Assembly: GCA_963766715.1 (NCBI GenBank)
Contig: CAVYBH010000006.1
Location: 1 to 48,660, forward strand
DNA from: an uncultured delta proteobacterium
GTDB taxonomy: Bacteria > Myxococcota > Myxococcia > Myxococcales > Anaeromyxobacteraceae
DNA: 48,660 nucleotides
Reading direction: 5' to 3'
The position numbers were made by a program, and so were the translations under genes. The notes beneath the pieces are model-generated. The model had not been told where the DNA came from. It ran no database searches and was given only the letters and a program-made list of their open reading frames with translations. Positions 22,402-33,866 of this stretch are shown here, piece after piece. Every line of letters starts with the position of its first letter. Position 1 is the stretch's first letter.

Positions 22402-22668
22402 ATGGCACGCGTCACAGTCGAAGACTGCCTCCCCATGGTCGAGAACCGGTTCGCCCTGGTCCTCCTCTCCACGAAGCGAACCCGGCAGCTGATGGCGGGC
22501 GCGCGGCCGCTCCTCGCCGCCAGCAAGAACAAGCCCACGGTCCAGTCGCTGCGCGAGATCGCCACCGGCAAGGTCCGCTTCGATCGCTCGGTTCGCGACG
22601 CCCTGGCGGGCAAGTTCGACCGCGAGAAGCCGGTGGCCGGCACCTCGTCGGGCCGCGGCGCCAAGTAG
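22402..22668 (+). CDS. rpoZ: RNA polymerase omega subunit
   Basis: [19 protein letters not shown]...[18 protein letters not shown]. Confidence 0.96.
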   Translation: MARVTVEDCLPMVENRFALVLLSTKRTRQLMAGARPLLAASKNKPTVQSLREIATGKVRFDRSVRDALAGKFDREKPVAGTSSGRGAK

Positions 22669-22674
22669 CCTGAT

Positions 22675-23352
22675 TCAGCTCCGGGAGGCGAGGTACCCGG
22701 GCTTCTCCGGTCCACCCCTGCGGTAGGTGGCCCGGAGCTCCCGCAGGAGCCCCTCCCGGTTCCCCGAAGCGACGTAGCGCATCTCCAGCCATCGAGCGTA
22801 TCCCGCCGCGAGCCGGTTCGCGGTGCGGTAGCGCCATCGCTCGTCCGCGTCGAGATGGGCGAGGAAGCGCACCTCCCCGAAGAGCCGACGGCGCAGGCCG
22901 GCCGAGACGAGCACCGTGCGCCTCGCGCCCCGCCAGGCGCGCAGGAGGAAGAGCGCGAACTTGTCGACCTCGGCCTGCACCTCGAGCTCGAGCAGCGAGA
23001 CGGCTCGATCGGTCCCCGCGCAGGTCGCCAGGTAGACGAAGTGCGAGATCCCCTCCGCGGCCGCATCCATCGCCAGCCTGCACGTGGAGAGCATCCGGGG
23101 CCTGCCCCGGTGCGCCGAGGCGGCGGCGGCGCCGGACATCACCGCGTCGTCGAGGAAGAGTCCCACGTCCAGCCCGGCTGCCGACTCCAGGACGAGCAGC
23201 TCCTCGTCGGATCGAGGTTCCGCACCTGCGGCGCGGGCGTCGGCCCGCCCCACCAGGAATCGCAGCACCGGCGGCGCCTTCACCGCGTTGATGTCCTCGA
23301 TCTCCGCCTGGAGCCAGGCGAGGGTCGCGGCGGCGGATTCCGGGGGCGGCAT
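22675..23352 (-). CDS. Conserved hypothetical protein (EGxSH...ELE.QAEVDK motif)
   Basis: 225-aa ORF with GC3 codon bias; ATG overlaps the upstream TGA. Confidence 0.75.
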   Translation of the reverse strand: MPPPESAAATLAWLQAEIEDINAVKAPPVLRFLVGRADARAAGAEPRSDEELLVLESAAGLDVGLFLDDAVMSGAAAASAHRGRPRMLSTCRLAMDAAAEGISHFVYLATCAGTDRAVSLLELEVQAEVDKFALFLLRAWRGARRTVLVSAGLRRRLFGEVRFLAHLDADERWRYRTANRLAAGYARWLEMRYVASGNREGLLRELRATYRRGGPEKPGYLASRS

Positions 23353-23972
23353 CAGTCACCGACGACCCGCGAGCCGGTCCCACCGAAGAGCGCGACGCCC
23401 CGGGCCCGGAGCTGCTCGGCGACCCGCCGGCTTCCGGTGTGGAGGAAGCGCTCGTAGAGCCGGACGAGGCCGCGGTTGGAGCGAAGCTCCTGCATCTCGG
23501 CGATCTCCGCGAGCACGTCCACGAAGTCCTCGAATCGCTCCGACATCTCGCCGAAGACCTCGGCCCGGCCAGCCGGGACCCGGGACGACGCGAGCGCCCC
23601 GTAGGCCCTCTCCCCCATGGCGACGTAGTAGCTCGGAGTCGACCGGGGCGCGCGCCAGGGAGTCCCCGAAGAAGCCGGCGACGAAGAGGGAGGTATCCCC
23701 GAGCCTCTGGAGCCCTGCCACCGGCGCTGGCGGCTCTCCTCGAGCGCCCGCAGGAGGAGAAGGGCCAGCGGCTCGAGCTGGGAGGAGCCGTCGGGGGACT
23801 CGGCGTAGAGCTCCCCGCGCTCGAGGAAGCGCTCCAGCAGGCAGACGACGTAGAACTCGGTCTCGGGCTGGATCTGCAGCTTCCGGTGCGACACCACCCC
23901 GGTCACGAGCTCCCGGAACAGCTCGCGCGGGGTCTGGTCGAGGACGATCCCTTCTGGGCGTTCGGTGGCCAC
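23352..23972 (-). CDS. Conserved hypothetical alpha-helical protein (compensating frameshifts near 23640-23710)
   Basis: AGGAGG RBS before GTG; EFYVVCLLERF, RLGDTSLFVAGFF (second frame), YYVAMGERAY, LYERF. Confidence 0.78.
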   Translation of the reverse strand: MATERPEGIVLDQTPRELFRELVTGVVSHRKLQIQPETEFYVVCLLERFLERGELYAESPDGSSQLEPLALLLLRALEESRQRRWQGSRGSGIPPSSSPASSGTPWRAPRSTPSYYVAMGERAYGALASSRVPAGRAEVFGEMSERFEDFVDVLAEIAEMQELRSNRGLVRLYERFLHTGSRRVAEQLRARGVALFGGTGSRVVGD

Positions 23973-24085
23973 GGCGAATACCTCCTTCAACCCCCTCACC
24001 CCAGACGGGTATCCGAATCGCCACATTCACTCAACTAGCCGAAATGGCAGAGATTTACCTCCAGCGACCCTGGCACTCCGGCTGC

Positions 24086-24112
24086 CGAGCACTCATCTGG
24101 GTCGACTGCCAG
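24086..24112. promoter_or_regulatory. CIRCE-like element 1 (HrcA operator)
   Basis: cgAGCACTC-N9-GACTGCCAG versus the consensus TTAGCACTC-N9-GAGTGCTAA. Confidence 0.6.
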
Positions 24113-24166
24113 CATCGGCATACAACTATCTGTTATTAGCTGATGTTTTTAGATCGCCTCCGCGGG

Positions 24167-24195
24167 TTGACACCCCGCGGGACCGTGATTAGACT
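24167..24195 (+). promoter_or_regulatory. Sigma70-type promoter of groES-groEL
   Basis: TTGACA-N17-TAGACT. Confidence 0.8.
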
Positions 24196-24205
24196 CTGCC
24201 TGCCC

Positions 24206-24232
24206 TTGGCAGACGGCACCGTCGACTGCCAG
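24206..24232. promoter_or_regulatory. CIRCE-like element 2, just downstream of the predicted TSS
   Basis: TTGGCAGAC-N9-GACTGCCAG at the canonical CIRCE position. Confidence 0.7.
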
Positions 24233-24307
24233 GGGCGAGAAGTTTCCCAACCGGCTTCCGCGCAGCCCGTACGGGCACCCGGCGCGGATTCAACCAGGAG
24301 GCAGCAA

Positions 24308-26279
<1,972 letters not shown>

Positions 26280-26306
26280 TCCCCCCTCCACCAACCGATT
26301 CGCACC

Positions 26307-26342
26307 GAAGGGCCACCGGGAAACCGGTGGCCCTTCTCTTTT
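26307..26342 (+). terminator. Rho-independent terminator of groESL
   Basis: GAAGGGCCACCGG-GAAA-CCGGTGGCCCTTC followed by TCTTTT. Confidence 0.92.
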
Positions 26343-26407
26343 CGCGGACTTCGGGGCCGTCCGGAAAGGGCCTTGTGGCGCCCCGCCGGCGTGGTCATGT
26401 TCCATGC

Positions 26408-26788
26408 ATGAGGGGCAGGTGGCTCGCGCTCGCCGCGGCGGCGTTCCTGGTGGCGCCGGCGGTCGGGCATGCCCAGGAGAGGCCCGGCCAGTCCCCTCCC
26501 GAGAGCACCCGGGATCGGGTCGACCTCCACACCCTGCTCTTCCACGGGGGCGCCGCGCCGCGCCTGCTCACGAGCGAGCTCCGCGTCTCCGGCATCGACG
26601 CCCGCGACGTCCAGCGCACGCTCCAGGAGTACAACCGCCGCTCCGAGCTGGCCCAGATCTCCCGCGACAACCTCGTCCTCGCCCCCTACCTGCTGCAGCG
26701 GGCCTTCGACATGGAGAACGACCAGCTGCTGAACGTGCGGCTGAGCGCCCGGCAGGCACGGCTGGTCTTCCAGGTCACCTGGCGGTGA
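26408..26788 (+). CDS. Small exported hypothetical protein
   Basis: Signal peptide MRGRWLALAAAAFLVAPAVGHA; GC3 codon bias. Confidence 0.7.
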   Translation: MRGRWLALAAAAFLVAPAVGHAQERPGQSPPESTRDRVDLHTLLFHGGAAPRLLTSELRVSGIDARDVQRTLQEYNRRSELAQISRDNLVLAPYLLQRAFDMENDQLLNVRLSARQARLVFQVTWR

Positions 26789-26845
26789 AATTCCCGCTCC
26801 TCCGGGCGTGACGCGACCTCCCGTTTCGTGGTCTCTTTCGGCGCC

Positions 26846-29800
26846 ATGCACGCCTGCCTCCTCGCGCTCGCCCTCGCCGCCGCTCCCGCTCCGTCCCTCC
26901 CTGCCGCCTCCGCCGGCGCGGCGCCCACCGGCTGGACCGCGTCGGGTTCCGGCACCGCGAAGGGCGCGGACGGCGCCGACCTGGCCCGGGCGACGGCGGT
27001 GACCGTCGACCTCGCCTTCCGGGGGCGGCGAGACCACCTTGCTCTCCGCGCCGGTGAAGCTCACGGTCGGGCGGCTCTACCGGCTCTCGGCCGACGTGCA
27101 GACGCGAGGCGTTCGCGCCGACCCGGCTCCCCGCTACCCGTCGGCGCTCGGCGCCTGCATCGCGATGAAGAGCTTCCCCTTCACGAACTGCTCGCCCCCG
27201 CTCGCCGGGGACGCGGCGCGGCGGCTGGAGGTGCTCTTCTTCGCCACCACCGCCAGCGACCGGGTCGCCCTCCACCTGGGCCGGAACGGGAAGGCGACCG
27301 GGCAGGCCACCTTCGGCGGCGTCCGCCTCGAGGAGGTGGCCGACGTGACGGCCTACCTGCCGCTCACGCAGGTGAAGTGGGCCGGGACGGGCTTCCGCTA
27401 CGACGACGGGGGATGGATCTTCGTGCACGTCGAGGGGGAGCCGTACCCGCGCGGCCGGCAGTACGGCGAGCTCGTCGCCCCGGAGCTGGCCCGCTTCCTC
27501 GAGAAGCTGGCCATCCTCCAGGACAAGGCCGACCCGGAGAAGGGCTGGAACGGGCTGCGGCGCCTGGCCGACGCGCTCATGCTGCGGAGGTACGACCCCG
27601 AGTACCTGGAGGAGATGAAGGGGATCGCCGACGGGGCGGCCCGGGCGGGCGCGAAGTTCAAGGGGCGCGAGGTGGACCTGCTCGACGTGGTCACCCTGAA
27701 CAGCGCGGTCGACCTCTCCCAGCTCGACGAGGCGCTCCGCGTCTCGCCCAGCGGCGTGACCGGGAAGAGCTTCCTCACCGCCGAGGACGAGACCGATCCG
27801 GCCGTCACCGCCAAGGACCGCTGCTCCTCCTTCGTGGCCACGAGGAGCGCCACGCGCGACGGCCGCTTCGTGATGGGGCAGCTCTTCATGTGGAACGGCT
27901 ACAGCGGCGTGCACTGGGACGTGATCCTGGACGTGGTCCCGACCCGGGGGAACCGCGTGGTGATGCAGACCTTCCCGGGCGGCATCCACTCCGGGTCCGA
28001 CTGGTACGTGAACGCATCGGGGATCGTCATCGGGGAGACGACGGTGGGGCAGACTCCCTTCGCGCCGGAGGGCACCCCGCAGTCCAACCGGGCCCGCAAG
28101 GCGGCCCAGTACGGCACCTCCATCGACGAGGTGGCCCGCCTCCTGCGCGAGAAGAACAACGGCCTCTACACGAACGACTGGACCATCGCCGACGCGAAGA
28201 CCGACGAGGGCGCCGACCTCCTGCTGGGGACGGCGGCCTGGAAGCTCTGGCGCACCGGCTCCCCCGGGCACGGCGCCGACACGCCCGGCGGGCTGCGCGA
28301 CTTCGTCTGGGCCAACAACAACACCCGCGACCCCGCCGTCCGGCGCGAGTACGCCCGCGGCGTCGACGGCGCCCCGGCGGACATGGCCTTCAACACCTGG
28401 AACCGGGACGTGGCCTTCTGGAAGTTCTACGAGGAGAAGGGCAAGGGGCAGATCGACCTGGCCGCCGGGGTGGAGCTCTTCGCCTCCTCGCCGGTGAACC
28501 GTCCCCACGCCTGCGACGGCAAGCTCACCACCGGCGAGATGGCCGAGAAGATGGTCTTCGTCGCGCACTACGGGAAGACCACCCTGCGGGAGAAGTGGGT
28601 GGGGAGCCGCTTCGTCCCCGACCTGCCGAACGCCGTCCCGCACTTCACGCTGGGATACACGACCTTCAGCCCGATCTTCGTGGCCGACGCGCTGCGGGCC
28701 GCGAAGGCCAGGGCCGGGAAGGCCGCCGCCGAGCCGGCCGAGCCGAAGCCGGACGTGGCGGCGCTCAAGGGGCGCCTCCTCTTCGAGAAGAAGCTCCTCT
28801 GGCAGGGCACGATCCTGCCGGCGACCGACGCCGACAACTGGCTCACCAGCGGGTCGGCCGCCTACTGGGCCATCTTGAAGAAGCTGCCCGACGACCCGGT
28901 GAAGGCCATGGAGTCGACGAGGGAGGCGCTCTCCGACGCCGACCTGCGCCTCGCCTGGCTCTCGGCGCGGGAGCCCGTCGCCTCCCCGGCCACGACCCGC
29001 GCGGCCTACGACCTCTACTCGGCCTACGGCGTGCCTCGCATCCGCGGCACGTTCGCGCTCCACCAGCTCCGGCTGGCCCTGGGGAACGCCACCTTCTCCC
29101 GCGTCATGCAGGCCGCGGTGGACCGGGCGGCCGGGAAGCCCCTCTCCACCGAGCAGTTCCTGGCCGTCGCCGGCGAGGTCGCGAAGCGCGACGTGCGGCC
29201 GATCGTGACGCCCTGGATCGACCGGGCCGACGTGCCGGGGCCGGTCGTGTCCGCGTCGGCCGTGAAGGCCGGTGACGCCTGGACGCTCAGCGTGAAGGTG
29301 ACCCACGATCGCCCCTGGCGCTACCTCGCCGCCATCGCGGTGACCGGGGAGAAGGGGCTCCGCTACGAGCCGGTGGAGGTGACGAAGGCGGAGGAGACCT
29401 TCACCTTCACCTCGCGGGAGAGGCCGCTGCGGGTGGCCTTCGACGCGGTGGGCGACGTGCCGGTGGCCCGCGACGGCGGGATCACCCTGCCCTCCATGCT
29501 CGACGACTTCTCGGCGCTGCTCTGGGTGCGGGGCACGTCCCGGGAGGTCGAGGCCAACCGGACCCTCTCCTCCCTGTGGCGGGACGTGGTGGCCGACGCC
29601 TTCGTGGAGGTGCTGCCGCCGCTCGAGGCCGACGTCGAGATCCCCGACGCGGAGCTCTCGTCGCACGACCTCGTGGTGGTGGGCGGCCCGCAGGACAACG
29701 CGGTGGCCGCCCGCATGGCCGCGACCTGGAAGCTCCCGCTCGAGACCGGCAAGGGCTACTTCAAGTGGCAGGGCAGGACGTACAGCCGGCCGGACGACGG

Positions 29801-30008
29801 GTTCGCGGTGGCCTTCCCGAACCCCTGGAACCCGAAGCGGACCGTCTTCCTCTACCTGGCCAACTCCAAGGTCCAGGCCTGGCGCATGCTGAAGGGCTGG
29901 CAGCGCGGGCTCCCCAGCTGGGCGGTCTGGAAGGACGGGGAGGTGGCGTCGAAGGGGTACCTCGGCGCGGAGCGGCTCGACGTCAAGGTGGCGTCGGCCG
30001 GGGAGTGA
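26846..30008 (+). CDS. Exported C45-family / phospholipase-B-like Ntn hydrolase with extra N- and C-terminal domains (frameshift near 27030)
   Basis: Signal peptide; G..Y.RG.QYG, EEMKGIADGA, autocleavage site DR|CSSF, DWYVN.SGIVIGETT, NNGLYTNDW. Confidence 0.82.
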
Positions 30009-31384
30009 CCGCGGGACAGGCGGGCTCCCGGGGGCCGAGCGGCACGCCTTCCCGGAGCAGCCGGAGGTTCACCGCGGCCCGCAGGTAGCCGGGGTCGATC
30101 TCGAGCGCCCGCAGGAGCGCCCGCTCCGCCTCGGCCGTCCGGCAGCGGCCGGCCAGCGCGAAGGCCAGGTTGCCCTGGGCGCGGGGGTTCTCCGGCGCCT
30201 GGCTGACCACGTCCTGCCAGAAGGACACCTCGTCGGCGTAGACGAGGCTCCTGCGCGCGGTGGCGATTCCCAGCGCGACGACCAGCGCGGCCACCGCGGC
30301 ACGGCGCACGCCGCCCGCCACGACCCACGGGGAGAGCCAGACCCCGGCGAGCCAGGCCGGTCCGAGCAGGGAGAGGTAGAGCTGCCGCTCGCTGGCCGGA
30401 TCGGGGCGCGGCAGCCACCACCCCGTGGCGGGGAGCCAGAGGAGGAACCAGAGCAGGCCGAAGGCGAGCGCCGGTCGGCGCCGCAGCGCCCAGAGGCCGA
30501 GGGCCAGCAGGCCGAGGAGCGCGAACGCCTCGAGCGCGACCCGGACGCCCAGCCCTTCGATTGCCGGGAGCACCGGGTCCGCCACGAGCCGGTCGATCCG
30601 GACCACCTGCCCGGCGAGCCAGGCGAGCGCGTCGACGTGGGTGAGGACGTTCACCCCAGGTGATCGGAGACCGGCGCTCCGCGCGACCATCCGCCCGTAG
30701 ACGGGCGAGGCGGCGAAGAGCGCGGCGGCCGCCGCCAGGACGCCGAGGTGGGGGGCGATGGCGCGCAGCGCGTCGCGCCACCGGAAGGGGCGCCGGACGT
30801 CGATGGCCGAGAGGAGCAGGAGGGCCGCGGGCAGGGCCACCGCCGACTCCTTCGTCGCGAGCGCCGCGGCGAAGAGCAGCGGCGAGAGCCCCCAGCCCAT
30901 CCAGCCGCGGCCGCCCTCCCGGGCCGAGAGCCAGGCCACCGCGCTGCCCAGGGCGAGCGCTCCGGCCATCGAGGCCGAGCGGCCGGAGAGGTAGGTCACC
31001 GACTCGACCTGGACCGGGTGGAGCGCGAAGAGGATGGCCCCCAGGAGCGGCGCCGCCCGTGCGGAGAGGCCCGCCCACCCCGGACCGCCCGGCGACGTTT
31101 CGCAGCAGGCGGAGCGCGAGCAGCGCCGCGGCCGCATGGATGGCGAGGTTCACGGCGTGGAAGCCGGCGAGGCCCAGCCCGCTCTCGTGGTTGGCGGCCC
31201 AGGAGAGCTTGAGGAGCGGGCGGATGCCCGGCATCGATCCCCACCAGGCGGCGAGCGAGGCCACCCGGGGCTCGTCCACGATCACGTTCCAGTCGTCGAA
31301 CTGGAAGGCGCCGCGAAACGAGGTGGCCCAGGCCCCGGCGATCGCGCCGAGGACGACCAGCGCGTCCGCCCTCCGCTCACTCAC
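29983..31384 (-). CDS. TMTC-like GT-C membrane glycosyltransferase with C-terminal TPRs (frameshift near 31100)
   Basis: FQFDD..I, FHAVNLAIH, LFALHPVQVESV.Y.SGR, KESA, ERQLYL, TPR-like RAQGNLA. Confidence 0.75.
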
Positions 31385-32168
31385 GCGGCAGCGTCTCCGC
31401 GAAGGCCCGCTCCACCAGCGCCGCGGCCGTCCACCAGCGGTCGGGCGCACCGAGGAGCACGACCAGCACCTCGTGTCCGCCGCGCTCGGCGTGGACCACC
31501 ACGCACTTGCCGGCCTCCGGGGTGAAGCCGGTCTTCACGCCGTCCGCGCCGGGCAACCGGCCCAGCAGCACGTTGCTGCTCCGGACCTCCAGCACGCGGC
31601 CGTCGCGCGTCTCCAGCCGGACCGAGGGGAGCGCCACCATCCGGCGGAACTCCGGATTCCGGAGCGCCACCCGGGCGAGCGTCCAGAGGTCCCGGGCCGT
31701 GGCGTGCTGGCCCGGGGCGTCGTGGCCGCACGGGTCGACGAGATGGGTCCCCGGAAGCCCCAGCTCCGCCGCGCGCCGGTTCATCCGCCTCGCGAAGGCA
31801 GCCCCCGAGCCGGACAGGCTCTCGGCGACGGCCAGGCACGCGTCGTTCGCGGAGCCCACCAGCATGGCCGCGACCGCGTCCTTCACGCGGATCTTCTCCC
31901 CCGCCCGCAAGCCAGCGCGGGTCCCGGTGGCCGCGGCCGCCTGCCGGCTGACCGTGAGCCACTCACCGGCCGGCGGCGATTCGAGCGCGTCGAGCGCCGT
32001 CAGCATCTTCACGAGCGACGCCGGGGCGCGCGGCGTGTCCGGCGCCCGAGCCCACAGGAGGTTCCCGTCCACGGCCACGAGATAGGACGGGGCCGCGTCC
32101 GGGAACCGGTCGACCGGGTCGGCCCCGGCAAGGAGCGCCGCGGCGGCGAGGACTGCGAGAGCGGTCAC
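31377..32168 (-). CDS. D-alanyl-D-alanine carboxypeptidase (peptidase S11)
   Basis: PASLVK (SxxK), SAN (SxN), GVKTGFT (KTG); signal peptide. Confidence 0.93.
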   Translation of the reverse strand: MTALAVLAAAALLAGADPVDRFPDAAPSYLVAVDGNLLWARAPDTPRAPASLVKMLTALDALESPPAGEWLTVSRQAAAATGTRAGLRAGEKIRVKDAVAAMLVGSANDACLAVAESLSGSGAAFARRMNRRAAELGLPGTHLVDPCGHDAPGQHATARDLWTLARVALRNPEFRRMVALPSVRLETRDGRVLEVRSSNVLLGRLPGADGVKTGFTPEAGKCVVVHAERGGHEVLVVLLGAPDRWWTAAALVERAFAETLPRE

Positions 32169-32192
32169 GCGGCGCCCGGGGAGCCGGCCCCG

Positions 32193-33164
32193 CTAGAAGG
32201 GGAGCAGGCTCTTCACCGCCTTCTTGGCGGCGTCCTGCGCGGCGTCCTCCGGGGTCGCCTGCGGCGGCGCCGCCGGCTTCTTCCCCTTGTCGAGGAGGTT
32301 CGCCGCATAGGACGTGCAGAAGGAGCGGAAGCAGGAGCCCTGCAGCGCGGTGTACGTGCGTCCGGCGCACTCGCGCTGTGCGACCACCTGGGTCTCCGCG
32401 GGGCAGGACTCCCCGATGAACCCGAGGACCGGCTTGTCGTTGTCGACGCACTTCGTCGACGCTTCCTCCCTTCCCGCCGCCACGCAGGCCTGCGCCTTCA
32501 TGGCCGCATAGTCCTTGCCGCAGAGCGGCCCGAGGTCCTTGCGCGTCGTCTCCGGGTAGGCGCCGAGCGTCCGGATGCCCTCCCGGGTCGCGGCTCGCTC
32601 GCAGAGGAGCTTGCAATCGGCGGCCTCCTTGCAGATGGGCTGCGGGCCGGAGAACACCGACACTTGCATCCCCTGCGCCGACTCGGCGCACATCTTCGCC
32701 AGGTTGGCCGCGCCCTCGGCCTGGATGGCCACCACCTGCCGCTTGATCCCGGCGGCGTCGCACGGGGTGCCGAGCTTCTTTCCTCGCATCTTCATGAGCA
32801 TCTCGCCGTCGGCGGAGCGCATGGTCATCTTGCCGTCGTAGCCGTCGGAGGACTGCGTGATCTCGCCCTCCCCCGTCATCTTGTCCTTGCCCTCGCAGAC
32901 CATCGACCAGGACATGGTCCTCCCGTCGTTCTTCATCCGGGTGACCTTGCACTTGTCGTCCTTGCCGGTCCCGGGCGGCTCGGTCATGCCCTTCTTCGGG
33001 ATGCAGGACTTCGTGGTCTGCGCGGGCATGGAGAAGCCGGCCATCTGCATCTCGACGGTGTTCTCCCATTCCACGCCAGGCTCGGGCGGGACCGAGGCCG
33101 GAGGCGCGGCGACGGCGAGACCGGGAACGAGGAAGAGGACGGCGAGGCGGACGGACAGGTTCAT
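32193..33164 (-). CDS. Exported DUF3617-like protein with a Cys-rich C-terminal extension
   Basis: Signal peptide; PG.EWE.TVEM, paired Cys, GKKLG.PC; about a dozen further Cys downstream. Confidence 0.7.
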   Translation of the reverse strand: MNLSVRLAVLFLVPGLAVAAPPASVPPEPGVEWENTVEMQMAGFSMPAQTTKSCIPKKGMTEPPGTGKDDKCKVTRMKNDGRTMSWSMVCEGKDKMTGEGEITQSSDGYDGKMTMRSADGEMLMKMRGKKLGTPCDAAGIKRQVVAIQAEGAANLAKMCAESAQGMQVSVFSGPQPICKEAADCKLLCERAATREGIRTLGAYPETTRKDLGPLCGKDYAAMKAQACVAAGREEASTKCVDNDKPVLGFIGESCPAETQVVAQRECAGRTYTALQGSCFRSFCTSYAANLLDKGKKPAAPPQATPEDAAQDAAKKAVKSLLPF

Positions 33165-33246
33165 GTGGTTCCCCCCTGGAGAGGGCGGAATCATACGCGG
33201 TCGCCCCCGCCCCGCGAGGGGCCCCGGATTGGGGCGCTCGCCATTG

Positions 33247-33283
33247 ATAGTTAGCGTCTATCGTATAGACAGGAACGATGTCT
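33247..33283. promoter_or_regulatory. OxyR-type operator upstream of dps
   Basis: ATAG-N7-CTAT-N7-ACAG-N7-gtcT versus the consensus ATAG-N7-CTAT-N7-ATAG-N7-CTAT. Confidence 0.65.
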
Positions 33284-33337
33284 TGGACCAATCGCTCCGG
33301 CGGGAGCATCTTCCCTCCCGAAAAGGAGGAACACCGC

Positions 33338-33817
33338 ATGTATCCGTCTCCCAGCAACCTGTCCGCCGACGCCCGCCGCGACATTGCCTCCACCCTGAAC
33401 GCCCGCCTCGCCGACGGCCTCGACCTGCACGCCCAGCTGAAGGTGGCTCACTGGAACGTGAAGGGCCCGCTCTTCCCGTCGCTCCACCCGCTCTTCGAGC
33501 AGTTCGCCACGACCCTGGCCGGCTTCAACGACCAGGTGGCGGAGCGGGCAGTGACCCTCGGCGCCACCGCCGGCGGGACGGTCCGCCACGTGGCGGCCGC
33601 GTCCGCCCTCCCCGAGTTGCCGGCCGGCGTGGTCCGCGGCCTCGACCTGGTCACTCTGCTGGCCGACCGGATCGACGCCTTCCTGGCCGGGCTGCGGGAG
33701 TCGCGCGACCTCGCCGGCGCCGCCGGCGACGGCGATACGGTCGACCTCCTCACGCAGGTGGTCACCGAGTTCGAGAAGAACGCCTGGTTCCTCCGGGCCA
33801 CCGCCGAGGGCGCTTGA
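33338..33817 (+). CDS. dps: DNA starvation/stationary phase protection protein Dps
   Basis: K.AHWNVKGP.F..LH.LFE, DQVAER, D..T.DLLT, EK.AWFL; AGGAGG RBS. Confidence 0.96.
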   Translation: MYPSPSNLSADARRDIASTLNARLADGLDLHAQLKVAHWNVKGPLFPSLHPLFEQFATTLAGFNDQVAERAVTLGATAGGTVRHVAAASALPELPAGVVRGLDLVTLLADRIDAFLAGLRESRDLAGAAGDGDTVDLLTQVVTEFEKNAWFLRATAEGA

Positions 33818-33866
33818 GGCCGGGCGGCCTTCCTGCTCCAATCGGCGCTTCTCCGGGAGACGCCGC

